Positions 1 to 7,463 of a stretch of DNA of 21,018 bases are shown in pieces. A model generated the notes under the pieces. It was not told the origin of the DNA. It saw only the letters and a list, made by a program, of their open reading frames with translations, and made no database searches. The stretch lies in assembly GCA_937886445.1 (NCBI GenBank), contig CALGBY010000131.1, forward strand, positions 1 through 21,018. Reading direction: 5' to 3'. The stretch comes from an uncultured Clostridia bacterium. Its GTDB lineage: Bacteria > Bacillota > Clostridia > Christensenellales > Aristaeellaceae. The position numbers and the translations under genes are program-made. Position 1 is the stretch's first letter, and the number at the start of each line of letters is the position of its first letter.

Positions 1-68
1 GTTCTTCGCCTTGAACTGACGGAAAATCTGCTTGAAACTGCACATTCCTCATTTTTGAGACACACCCT

Positions 69-99
69 AGAAAAAGAGGCGCGCCGTAAAAAGCGCGCC
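69..99 (-). terminator. Intrinsic terminator downstream of dnaN
   Basis: 7-bp all-GC stem (93-99 GCGCGCC pairs with 78-84 GGCGCGC) with an 8-nt loop. On the minus strand it is followed by TCTTTTTCT (77-69). It lies about 70 nt after the dnaN stop. Confidence 0.55.
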
Positions 100-168
100 C
101 TGAAAAAACATGACCGGACAAGGCTTCGGAACGGAACAGTGTTATCCGTTATGATGCTGATATGATGC

Positions 169-1317
169 TTATTTATTGAACACCCTCACCGGCAGCACCA
201 GGAAACGGTACCGGTCGCCCTCTCTGGGGCGGATCATGCAGGGGGATACATTGGTGTTCAGGCACATCACCATCACATCGTCATCCACATTGTGCACCAC
301 ATCGTTCAGGTATTTGGCGTTGAAGGCGATATCCAGCGGGTTTCCTTCGATGCTCACCGCGATCTCCTCATGCACATCTCCGCGCTCGGCGTTGCTGGTC
401 ATCACGATGGTGCCCTCTCCGTTTCCGCCGTTTTCAGAAGAAACGGAAAGGTGGATCAGGTTGTTCTTTCCTTCTCTGGCCATCAGGCTGCAGCGGTCAA
501 TGGCATCGGAAAGCTCGGAACGGGATACATACACAACGGTGGTGCTGCTCTGGGGCAGGATCTTGTTGTAATCGATGAATTCACCGGTGAGCAGTGTGGC
601 ATATACGCATACATCGTCAAAGGTGAAGCGCACATGGGAGGAGGAGAACATGATCTCCAGCTCCTTTTCGCTGTCATCGGGAAGCATACGGGAGATCTCG
701 GTCATCACCGTGCCGGGGATCACGCAGGAAAGCTTGGAGCCCTTCTTGTTTTCAGGCAGACCGTTTTTGTTTTCCACACGCTGCAGCGCCATCCTGAAGC
801 CGTCCAGACCCAGGAAAAGCACATTGTCATCGGTAGCTTCCATCAGCACGCCGGTCAGGATCTTGCGGGCTTCATCTCCCGATACGGCAAAAAGCACGCG
901 GGAAATGGCCGTTCTGGCTACAGAACAGGGCAGCACGATGCGGTTATCGGTATCCACATCGCAGATATCGGGAAAATCATCGGCATCCATGCCCATCATG
1001 TTTGTTTTGCTGCGGCCCGAACGGATCACCGTTTTCAGGTCGTCATTCACCTCAACGACCACCTGTCCGTTGTTCTGCTTGCGCACGATCTCTCCGAAGA
1101 GCTTGGCGGGCAGCAGGGCACAGCCCTCAGTTTCGATCTGGGCGTTCACGCGGCAGCGCACGGTCATTTCACCGTTTGTACAGGTCAGACGCAGGGCGCT
1201 TTCATCCGTTTCGATAAACACGCCCTCCATGCTGGGGTAGATCGCCCTGGCGGGCACGGCACGTACGGTCATTCCGAGGCCGAAGTTCATTTCATCGCTC
1301 AGTACAGAGAATTTCAT
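169..1317 (-). CDS. dnaN: DNA polymerase III beta subunit (sliding clamp)
   Basis: 382-aa ORF with typical clamp length and three-domain layout. N-terminus MKFSV...L..GL..V..AV...........GV.IE is characteristic of DnaN. AAGGAGA RBS lies 7 nt upstream of the ATG at 1317. A DnaA-box/oriC region sits directly upstream. Confidence 0.93.
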   Translation of the reverse strand: MKFSVLSDEMNFGLGMTVRAVPARAIYPSMEGVFIETDESALRLTCTNGEMTVRCRVNAQIETEGCALLPAKLFGEIVRKQNNGQVVVEVNDDLKTVIRSGRSKTNMMGMDADDFPDICDVDTDNRIVLPCSVARTAISRVLFAVSGDEARKILTGVLMEATDDNVLFLGLDGFRMALQRVENKNGLPENKKGSKLSCVIPGTVMTEISRMLPDDSEKELEIMFSSSHVRFTFDDVCVYATLLTGEFIDYNKILPQSSTTVVYVSRSELSDAIDRCSLMAREGKNNLIHLSVSSENGGNGEGTIVMTSNAERGDVHEEIAVSIEGNPLDIAFNAKYLNDVVHNVDDDVMVMCLNTNVSPCMIRPREGDRYRFLVLPVRVFNK

Positions 1318-1380
1318 TTACAGGTCTCCTTTTTTTCTTCCGGTCAGGCGCCGCGGCGACGCGCGGCTCCTCTTCATACG

Positions 1381-1418
1381 GTAGTAGTAATATATATAAT
1401 AAACAGTAGTAGTAGTAG
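1381..1418 (-). other. AT-rich DNA unwinding element plus DnaA-trio run
   Basis: Plus strand reads GTAGTAGTAATATATATAATAAACAGTAGTAGTAGTAG. The 16-nt all-A/T block is at 1388-1403. Four consecutive TAG triplets occupy 1407-1418, preceded by CAG. TAG read 3'->5' is GAT, i.e. the DnaA-trio consensus 3'-(G/A)AT-5'. Further TAG TAG TAA triplets are at 1382-1390. Confidence 0.6.
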
Positions 1419-1422
1419 AGGC

Positions 1423-1440
1423 TGTGGATACTGTGGAAAA
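1423..1440 (-). promoter_or_regulatory. Two abutting DnaA boxes next to the trio run
   Basis: TGTGGATAC (1423-1431, rc GTATCCACA) and TGTGGAAAA (1432-1440, rc TTTTCCACA) each have one mismatch to TTATCCACA. Only the GC spacer AGGC (1419-1422) separates them from the trios. Confidence 0.65.
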
Positions 1441-1510
1441 ACCCGTCCGGCCTCTTGTAATCGCCTTATTTTTCAAGGCTTCCGCGGCTTTTCAAAGCGT
1501 TTTTCAGCCT

Positions 1511-1519
1511 GTGGAAAAC
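1511..1519 (-). promoter_or_regulatory. DnaA box
   Basis: TGTGGAAAA (rc TTTTCCACA), one mismatch to consensus. Confidence 0.5.
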
Positions 1520-1714
1520 CGGTTGAAAAGGGGAGGAGGGCTGTTAAAAAACAGTGCGTTCTTTCCCCTTTCATCCATCCTATTTTCTCATAATCCCGGG
1601 AAAAATGCAAGCGATTTATGCGGCGCGGAGAAAACCGTTCCGCACAGGAAGCGAATATGAAGAAAGCGTTAAGGACGAACGAAGGAACCGGGAGCATATA
1701 CGTTGTAAAAACGC

Positions 1715-1746
1715 TTATCCACACCCTGTGGAAAACGATGTCCACA
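1715..1746. promoter_or_regulatory. Cluster of three DnaA boxes, including a perfect consensus box
   Basis: TTATCCACA at 1715-1723 is a perfect match. TGTGGAAAA at 1727-1735 is in opposite orientation with 1 mismatch. ATGTCCACA at 1738-1746 has 2 mismatches. Confidence 0.65.
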
Positions 1747-1804
1747 GGTAAAAACAGCAGCTGTATCACCGCGTTCCGGGTCATACACACAGCTTATACA
1801 CAGG

Positions 1805-1825
1805 CTTTCCACAGCTTTTTCCACC
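1805..1825 (+). promoter_or_regulatory. Two degenerate DnaA boxes
   Basis: CTTTCCACA (1805-1813) and TTTTCCACC (1817-1825), 2 mismatches each. Confidence 0.35.
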
Positions 1826-1845
1826 GGGACCGAAGGACGAAACAA

Positions 1846-1863
1846 TTCCGTAATAATACGGAA
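1846..1863 (-). terminator. Possible weak terminator hairpin after addA
   Basis: TTCCGTA-ATAA-TACGGAA forms a 7-bp stem about 45 nt after the addA stop. On the minus strand it is followed by TTGTTTCG, a poor U-tract. Confidence 0.3.
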
Positions 1864-1908
1864 AATCAGCATTATCGAGCACGGTTCCGGCTATATGTAT
1901 CATATCAG

Positions 1909-4900
1909 TTACATGATGCGAACATTTGTTTGCTGATCATTAAACGGTGTAACCGGAATGGCTTCTCCGAGCGACAGAGAGAAAAGATACATCTCCTTTA
2001 CCGGCATACCGGTGATCTTTTCAAGCGCGCGGCGGTACCAGTTCAGCTGGGAGGAATAGCGTTCCTTCAATTCCTCCGCGTTCACGCGGTCCGTTTTATA
2101 GTCAGTAAGGATCCATCCGTCTCCCTCGGTAAAGCACAGGTCGATCACGCCCTGCAGAATGGTGCCGGTATCAAGCAGCAGGTTGAAGGCCCATTCGCGG
2201 TGCACGAGCGGCGCCTGCAGCGCGCGTTTGCCGAGATCGGAGGTAAAGAAATGCTCCAGCCAGTTCACCTTGATCAGGCTGTATTCCTGCTCGGTGAGCA
2301 TGCCCTTTGCATAAAGGCGTTCAAGAGCGTCTTCCCAGCGCTCCGCGCGGATAAGGTCATAATCCACGCTGCCGAGGGCCTTATGGGTAGCGGTGCCGCG
2401 CAGAAGACCGCCCTGCCGGTCGTTTTCCGTAATAAATGAAGGGACATATTCCCTTTGGCCGGTCTTTCGCTTGTCCGGAGGGGTCTCCTCCATGTCGTTT
2501 TCATCCATGAGGTGCTTTGCAAGAGCGGTCACCGAGGTCTTGAGCGGCACAAAGCCCCGCGGGATTCGTTCCATATAATAAAGCGTTTCTTCGCTTACCG
2601 GCTGCTGCGTCTGATCTTCATCTGGCGGCGCGGCGGTATCATCATGGCCGGTTTCCCGGGCCGGGATCCACCGGATCTGCCACTTTCCGCCGTATACATC
2701 GGTATGCCTTGTATCCTCAAGGTTTTCATGCAGCCCCTCCCGTATGCTCTGGCCTATCCAGTCCGCCATGCACGTGGCATCACCCGCCGCGTAATCCTCC
2801 CGGGGGCGCTGCCATACGGAAAGCTGGGCAGAGGCTTTCTTGGGCGCGCATATAAGATAAAGCTTTTGCTCCGCACGGGTCATCGCCACATACAGCAGGC
2901 GGCATTCTTCAGCCCGTTCCTCCTGCTTCTTTTCCTCTTTCAGCACCGAAAGGGCCAGATTTTCACGCTTTACGCGTTTTTCGCCGTCTATACAGGCAAT
3001 GGCCATGCCATGGGAGGCTGAAAGCTGGAGGGGAGCCGTTTCCCTGTGAAAATCCTCCGCGAGCCCGGAAATGAACACGATGGGAAACTGCAGGCCTTTG
3101 GATTTGTGGATGGTCATGATGCGCACCACATCCTCATTTTCGCCGATGCTCTTTGCGCTCACGGTATCATCCTGTGTGCGCGCCTGCCGGATACCGCGCA
3201 GAAATTCCGAAAGATCCCACGGATCCTCCAGGTTTTCCGCCTGTTCATACAGCATGCGCATGTTAGCCTGCCGGAGCGCGCCGTCCTTCATCGCGCCGGC
3301 GCGCATATACAGGCCGCTCTTTTCCGTCACCTGTCGTATCAGGGCGTCCACGGGCATATTACCGGCCAGAAAACGCCATTCCGACAGTGTTTTCTGCGTT
3401 TTTCTGATTTTTTCTCCCAGCTCGCTCTCTTCATGAGAGGCCTTTTCAAACAGGTCCCGGAAGGGCGTTTTGGAGGAAGGATCGCGCATGCGGATGCGTG
3501 ACAGCTCCTCCATGGAAAAATCAAAGCACGGGCAGTGCAGCGCCGCGATGAGCGGGATATCCTGCAGCGGGTCATCCAGCACCGTGAGCAGCGAAAGGAT
3601 ATCGTTCACCTCGGGCAGGTCATAAAAACGGGCGTCCGCGTCACAGTATACGGGAATGCCGCGGTCGGAAAGCGTTCTTGCCAGCGCGGGGGCGCGCCCG
3701 GAGGATTTGCGCAGCAGGATCACGATATCCCGGTATCTGACATTCTGGGCGATGCCGTTTTCATCACGCATGCCGTTCTGAATAAGGCGGGAGATCTCGT
3801 CCGCCATGAACGCGGCCTCGTAGCGGTAGCCCTCCTTCAGTTCGGTATCAGGATCGCCGTTTTCACTGAGAAGCACACAAAGATCGGTATCCGGCCCGAA
3901 GGAGGCGGAGGGCTTCGGATAAAGCATCGCCTTTTCGTCGTATTCCAACTCTGTCACGCTTTCGCGCATCGCGTGGGAAAAAACGGTGTTTACACAGTGC
4001 AGGATATTCTCGGTGGAACGGAAATTCTGCTGAAGCACGATCTTTCGCTCGTCGGCATCGGGATCGGAGGAGAAATCATGGTATTTGTTCCTGAAAAGAG
4101 AGGGTTCCGCCAGGCGGAAGCGGTATATGCTCTGTTTGATATCGCCCACCATGAAAAGCAGCGTGTTTTTGCCCAGCACCTTTTTGATGATCGCTTCCTG
4201 AACGGCGGAGATATCCTGATACTCATCCACGAATACGGCATCGTAGCTTTCCGATATCTCTTTGCGCACCCGTTCGTCCGCGAGGCATTTCAGGCACAGC
4301 TGCTCCATATCGGGGTAATCGATATAGTTCTTCTTGCGCTTCTTTTCGGAAAAGAGCATATCCGAGGCCGTGGCAAGCCGTACCAGTGCGCGCAGCTGCG
4401 GAAGTGTATCCGCGAGCACGCTGTCTGTATGAGAGGTATCCTTCGGATAATAGGCGTCCAGGGAATTGATCAGATCCTTAAAGGAATTTCTGATCTTCTT
4501 ATATTCATCTGCCAGATCATCAGAATATACCGCGCCTTTTTTTGCTCTGGGGAGAGTCATATAGCTCACGGTATCGGGGTCGAAGGTGCCGTTCTTTACG
4601 GAAACAGTGATCGTGTCCAGCAGGCGCTGATCGCTTTCCAGCGCCGGTCCGTAATGATCGGGCGCGTCAGACCGGGTAAGCAGGGATTCACACTGATCGA
4701 GTAAGCCGCCGGCGCGGCTTAGCAGCAGAGGGATCGCGTTTCTTGAAAGCTCCAGCCAGTAACCGGTGTTCTGATGCTCATAGACCTTCGAGATCCAATC
4801 CTCGCTTGATTCAAGAGAAAGCAGAAAACGGCGCAGGCTTGTCATGAAGCCCAGCACCTCGGTATCGGTAAAGGAGGAGAAAAGCGCCTGCTCATCGGGA

Positions 4901-5346
4901 GAAGGATCCAGATACGCCGCTTCCAGCACCTCATCCGCCGCATCGGACCAGAGGCGGTCCAGAATGGCGGTATCGGGCACACGGCTGGTGGGATCGATGC
5001 CGGACGCCTGAAAATAATCGCGGATCACCTTGGAGCAGAACACATGCAGGGTGCAGATCTCCGCGCGGTTGACCAGCATGGCCTGTTCTTCAAGCACGGG
5101 GTCATCGCTTTCTTCCAGCTTGCGCATCAGCTTTTCGCGCATCTCGGCGGCCGTGGCCCTGGTAAAGGTGACCACCAGCAGACGGTCCAGCCGCATGCCT
5201 TCCTTGAGCAGAGCGCACACCCTTTCCAGCAGCACGGCGGTCTTGCCCGATCCGGCGGCGGCGCTTACCAGCACGCTGCGGTTGCGTGAATCGATAGCGC
5301 TCTGCTGATCCTTTGTCCAAACCGGTCCTTTTTTCTCTTTATCCAT
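1909..5346 (-). CDS. addA: ATP-dependent helicase/nuclease subunit A (AddA/RexA type: UvrD-like SF1 helicase with C-terminal PD-(D/E)XK nuclease)
   Basis: 1145-aa ORF with SF1 helicase motifs: AAGSGKT (I), VDEYQD (II), GDIKQSIYRFRLAEP (III, AddA/RecB-specific form), QNFRS (IV), TIHKSKGLQFP (V), LLYVAMTRAEQKL (VI). C-terminal nuclease motifs are GTATHKAL and IDLCF...ILTDYKTD. GAGG RBS lies 6 nt upstream of the ATG. Confidence 0.88.
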   Translation of the reverse strand: MDKEKKGPVWTKDQQSAIDSRNRSVLVSAAAGSGKTAVLLERVCALLKEGMRLDRLLVVTFTRATAAEMREKLMRKLEESDDPVLEEQAMLVNRAEICTLHVFCSKVIRDYFQASGIDPTSRVPDTAILDRLWSDAADEVLEAAYLDPSPDEQALFSSFTDTEVLGFMTSLRRFLLSLESSEDWISKVYEHQNTGYWLELSRNAIPLLLSRAGGLLDQCESLLTRSDAPDHYGPALESDQRLLDTITVSVKNGTFDPDTVSYMTLPRAKKGAVYSDDLADEYKKIRNSFKDLINSLDAYYPKDTSHTDSVLADTLPQLRALVRLATASDMLFSEKKRKKNYIDYPDMEQLCLKCLADERVRKEISESYDAVFVDEYQDISAVQEAIIKKVLGKNTLLFMVGDIKQSIYRFRLAEPSLFRNKYHDFSSDPDADERKIVLQQNFRSTENILHCVNTVFSHAMRESVTELEYDEKAMLYPKPSASFGPDTDLCVLLSENGDPDTELKEGYRYEAAFMADEISRLIQNGMRDENGIAQNVRYRDIVILLRKSSGRAPALARTLSDRGIPVYCDADARFYDLPEVNDILSLLTVLDDPLQDIPLIAALHCPCFDFSMEELSRIRMRDPSSKTPFRDLFEKASHEESELGEKIRKTQKTLSEWRFLAGNMPVDALIRQVTEKSGLYMRAGAMKDGALRQANMRMLYEQAENLEDPWDLSEFLRGIRQARTQDDTVSAKSIGENEDVVRIMTIHKSKGLQFPIVFISGLAEDFHRETAPLQLSASHGMAIACIDGEKRVKRENLALSVLKEEKKQEERAEECRLLYVAMTRAEQKLYLICAPKKASAQLSVWQRPREDYAAGDATCMADWIGQSIREGLHENLEDTRHTDVYGGKWQIRWIPARETGHDDTAAPPDEDQTQQPVSEETLYYMERIPRGFVPLKTSVTALAKHLMDENDMEETPPDKRKTGQREYVPSFITENDRQGGLLRGTATHKALGSVDYDLIRAERWEDALERLYAKGMLTEQEYSLIKVNWLEHFFTSDLGKRALQAPLVHREWAFNLLLDTGTILQGVIDLCFTEGDGWILTDYKTDRVNAEELKERYSSQLNWYRRALEKITGMPVKEMYLFSLSLGEAIPVTPFNDQQTNVRIM

Positions 5347-5369
5347 ACTGAACCTCTGTATCGATATGA

Positions 5370-5385
5370 TGTTTCACGTGAAACA
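5370..5385. promoter_or_regulatory. parS site 1 (ParB/Spo0J binding site)
   Basis: TGTTTCACGTGAAACA fits the Firmicutes parS consensus tGTTNCACGTGAAACa exactly. The palindrome extends to 18 bp (ATGTTTCACGTGAAACAT, 5369-5386). Confidence 0.85.
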
Positions 5386-5437
5386 TTGATATAAATAAAA
5401 GCAGGATTCATCGCGCTTTGTTCCGACGCAAACGGAA

Positions 5438-5453
5438 TGTTTCACGTGAAACA
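5438..5453. promoter_or_regulatory. parS site 2 (ParB/Spo0J binding site)
   Basis: Identical TGTTTCACGTGAAACA. The palindrome extends to 20 bp (AATGTTTCACGTGAAACATT, 5436-5455). It lies 68 bp from site 1. Confidence 0.85.
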
Positions 5454-5472
5454 TTCCGCGCGGCCGCCGCGG

Positions 5473-5994
5473 TTACTGCCGTTTCTGCTTGAGAAGCGCC
5501 TTCAGCTGATGCTGCAGCACCAACCGGTAGCTGGGCTGATAGCTTTCGCGGTAGAGATCGCTGTGATGCACCGGCGCGCAGCGCTTTTCATCATAGCCTG
5601 CCATGAAGATCTCGATCTCGGCCGGGTCGATCGGGATGCGCTCATCCTCCGAAAGAGAGATCGCCTCCCGCACACGGCGCAGAAAATGCTCCTTTGTGCC
5701 GCGTTTTTCGGCGGCGCAGCCGCAAAACAGGCTGAGGATCTCCTCACGCGAGAGCTTGAACGCGGCAGGGCGCAGGTTGAGCCGGCAAAGCCCCTCGCCG
5801 ATGCTTTCATACAGCGGTTCGCCGGGCAGCGGGGCGGCGTTTTGGTCCATTTCATCAAACAGGCGCTTCGCGGCCGTCTTCTGATCCCTTATCAGATGCT
5901 CGCAGCCGAATTCCATCTGATACAGCAGCTTGATAAGATCCTGAGCGGTGCTGTGGGGATGGGAGGATAATTGAGAAAGAAGGACATCTTCCAT
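5473..5994 (-). CDS. Conserved-looking hypothetical protein (173 aa), function not recognised
   Basis: The ORF is trimmed to the ATG at 5994 (MEDVLLSQ...). A purine-rich AAGGAGATACAGAAGA stretch lies 5-19 nt upstream. The residues upstream of this Met in the track ORF are Arg/Ser/Thr-rich junk that runs through a promoter-like region. The predicted protein has globular-looking composition. Confidence 0.6.
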   Translation of the reverse strand: MEDVLLSQLSSHPHSTAQDLIKLLYQMEFGCEHLIRDQKTAAKRLFDEMDQNAAPLPGEPLYESIGEGLCRLNLRPAAFKLSREEILSLFCGCAAEKRGTKEHFLRRVREAISLSEDERIPIDPAEIEIFMAGYDEKRCAPVHHSDLYRESYQPSYRLVLQHQLKALLKQKRQ

Positions 5995-6075
5995 GGTATC
6001 TTCTGTATCTCCTTTCGTCCGTATCCTTCGCGAAGCGGCTCTCCGCGTGATACAGGACCTGTGACTCGTGCGTCT

Positions 6076-6104
6076 ATTATGGCATGCCGGGGGCGCTTTG
6101 TCAA
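6076..6104 (-). promoter_or_regulatory. Sigma-A type promoter for the 5473-5994 gene
   Basis: The minus strand reads TTGACA (6104-6099), a 17-nt spacer, then CATAAT (6081-6076). Confidence 0.5.
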
Positions 6105-6170
6105 TCCGCGCCGACCGCTTCAAAGCGCGGTGAACGCGCATAAAAACCGCGCGCTTGTACGGGAATGGGA

Positions 6171-6199
6171 TTGCAAAACGGCTTCGCGCGGCGTATAAT
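6171..6199 (+). promoter_or_regulatory. Sigma-A type promoter for ychF (divergent from the previous one)
   Basis: TTGCAA (6171-6176), a 17-nt spacer, then TATAAT (6194-6199). A leader of about 100 nt ends in a GGAGGA RBS (6294-6299). Confidence 0.55.
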
Positions 6200-6308
6200 A
6201 TAATAGGAAATATACCGTTCGTGCGTCTGTCCGCGGCTCTGTCTCCGCCCGGCGCGCGAGAAAGCACAAACAGCGATCAGCACTTCATCCGAAGGAGGAT
6301 ATACAGAT

Positions 6309-7406
6309 ATGAAACTCGGTGTTGTAGGACTTCCCAATGTAGGCAAAAGCACACTCTTCAACGCGATCACCAATGCGGGCGCTCAGGCGGCCAATTACCC
6401 CTTCTGCACCATCGAACCCAACACCGGCGTGGTGGCGGTGCCTGATGAGCGGCTGGATGTACTGGATGAAATGTACCACCCCAAAAAGGTCACCCCGGCG
6501 GCGATCGAGTTTGTGGATATCGCCGGTCTTGTGAAGGGCGCCAGCCGCGGCGAGGGACTGGGCAACAAGTTCCTTTCCCATATCCGCGAATGCGACGCCA
6601 TCGTGCATGTGGTGCGCTGCTTTGAGGATGAAAACATCATCCATGTGGACGGCAGTGTGGACCCCGTGCGCGATATGGAGACCATCAATCTGGAGCTGAT
6701 CTTTGCCGATATGGAAACGGTGAAGAAGCGCGAGGAGAAGGCCGCCAAGCTGGTCAAGACGGGCGAAAAGAAATACGGAGAGGAAGCTGCCTTCGCCCAC
6801 CGGCTGTATGAGCATCTTGAAAGCGGCGCTCCCGCCCGCACCTTCCGGTGCACCGATGACGAGAAGGCGGTTCTGAAGGATTATTTCCTGCTCACCTCCA
6901 AGCCCGTCATCTACGCCGCCAATATCGCGGAGGACGCCGTGAGCCTGCCCGATGAGGAAAACCCCTTCGTTGTGCAGGTAAAGGAGGAGGCCAAACGCGA
7001 GAATGCCGAGGTGCTGGTGATCAGCGCGCAGATCGAAGAAGAAATCGCCCAGATGGAGGGCGAGGAGAAGCAGGAGTTCCTGAACGAGCTGGGGATCGGC
7101 AAAAGCGGTCTGGACCGCCTTGTTACTGCCTGCTACAGCCTGCTGGGGCTGATCTCCTTCCTTACCTGCGGCGAGGATGAATGCCGCGCCTGGACGATCA
7201 CCCGCGGCACCAAGGCGCCTCAGGCCGCCGGAAAGATCCATACCGACTTTGAACGCGGCTTTATCCGCGCCGAGATCGTCGCCTTTGATACCCTGAAGGA
7301 GATGGGCAGCATGAACGCCTGCAAGGAAAAGGGCCTTGTGCGCTCCGAGGGCAAGGATTATGTGATGCAGGACGGCGATGTAACGCTGTTCCGCTTCAAT
7401 GTCTGA
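6309..7406 (+). CDS. ychF: Ribosome-binding ATPase YchF (Obg-family GTPase/ATPase)
   Basis: 365 aa. N-terminus [21 protein letters not shown] is the G1 motif. Also present are [17 protein letters not shown] and a C-terminal TGS-like end ...[16 protein letters not shown], all hallmarks of YchF. Confidence 0.95.
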   Translation: MKLGVVGLPNVGKSTLFNAITNAGAQAANYPFCTIEPNTGVVAVPDERLDVLDEMYHPKKVTPAAIEFVDIAGLVKGASRGEGLGNKFLSHIRECDAIVHVVRCFEDENIIHVDGSVDPVRDMETINLELIFADMETVKKREEKAAKLVKTGEKKYGEEAAFAHRLYEHLESGAPARTFRCTDDEKAVLKDYFLLTSKPVIYAANIAEDAVSLPDEENPFVVQVKEEAKRENAEVLVISAQIEEEIAQMEGEEKQEFLNELGIGKSGLDRLVTACYSLLGLISFLTCGEDECRAWTITRGTKAPQAAGKIHTDFERGFIRAEIVAFDTLKEMGSMNACKEKGLVRSEGKDYVMQDGDVTLFRFNV

Positions 7407-7463
7407 TTTATCAACGAATTACGGCAGCTCCTGAGCACGGTTCGGGAACGGGAAGAAGGATAT

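Larger units (their letters stand above)
1381..1825. other. Putative chromosomal replication origin (oriC, incC-like part) between addA and dnaN
   Basis: Eight DnaA-box-like 9-mers (0-2 mismatches to TTATCCACA), a (TAG)n trio run and a 16-nt pure A/T block sit in a 445-bp non-coding stretch of an otherwise ~63% GC sequence, directly upstream of dnaN. Confidence 0.7.

Noticed and set aside
1-52. Possible minus-strand ORF starting at ATG 52-50 (MRNVQFQADFPSVQGEE...) and running off the left edge
   Set aside because: Only 17 codons are visible, there is no convincing RBS, and the N-terminus does not resemble the usual dnaN neighbours (yaaA/recF). The evidence is too thin to call.
151-165. GATGCTGATAT shared between the dnaN 3' flank (about 153-163) and the BI-1 promoter region (17662-17672)
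   Set aside because: It is an 11-nt AT-rich match with no extended similarity or structure around it, most likely coincidental.
292-1593. 433-aa plus-strand ORF, and smaller ORFs at 176-571 and 575-1240, overlapping dnaN
   Set aside because: They are antisense shadows of a confidently identified dnaN in GC-rich DNA. The translations are His/Gly/Ala/Arg-rich with no recognisable motifs, and the largest runs into the non-coding oriC spacer.
5339-5347. TTATCCATA (one mismatch to the DnaA box) overlapping the addA start codon
   Set aside because: It is a single isolated near-match formed partly by the start codon context. It is not distinguishable from chance without binding data.
5437-5970. 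177-aa plus-strand ORF beginning MFHVKH
   Set aside because: Its ATG and first codons are simply the parS palindrome (ATGTTTCACGTGAAACAT) read as protein. The rest is antisense to the better-supported 5473-5994 gene.
5995-6267. N-terminal 91-aa extension of the 5473-6267 minus-strand ORF
   Set aside because: The extension is Arg/Ser/Thr/Ala-rich, overlaps both divergent promoter predictions and has no RBS at 6267. The internal ATG at 5994 follows a purine-rich SD-like stretch.
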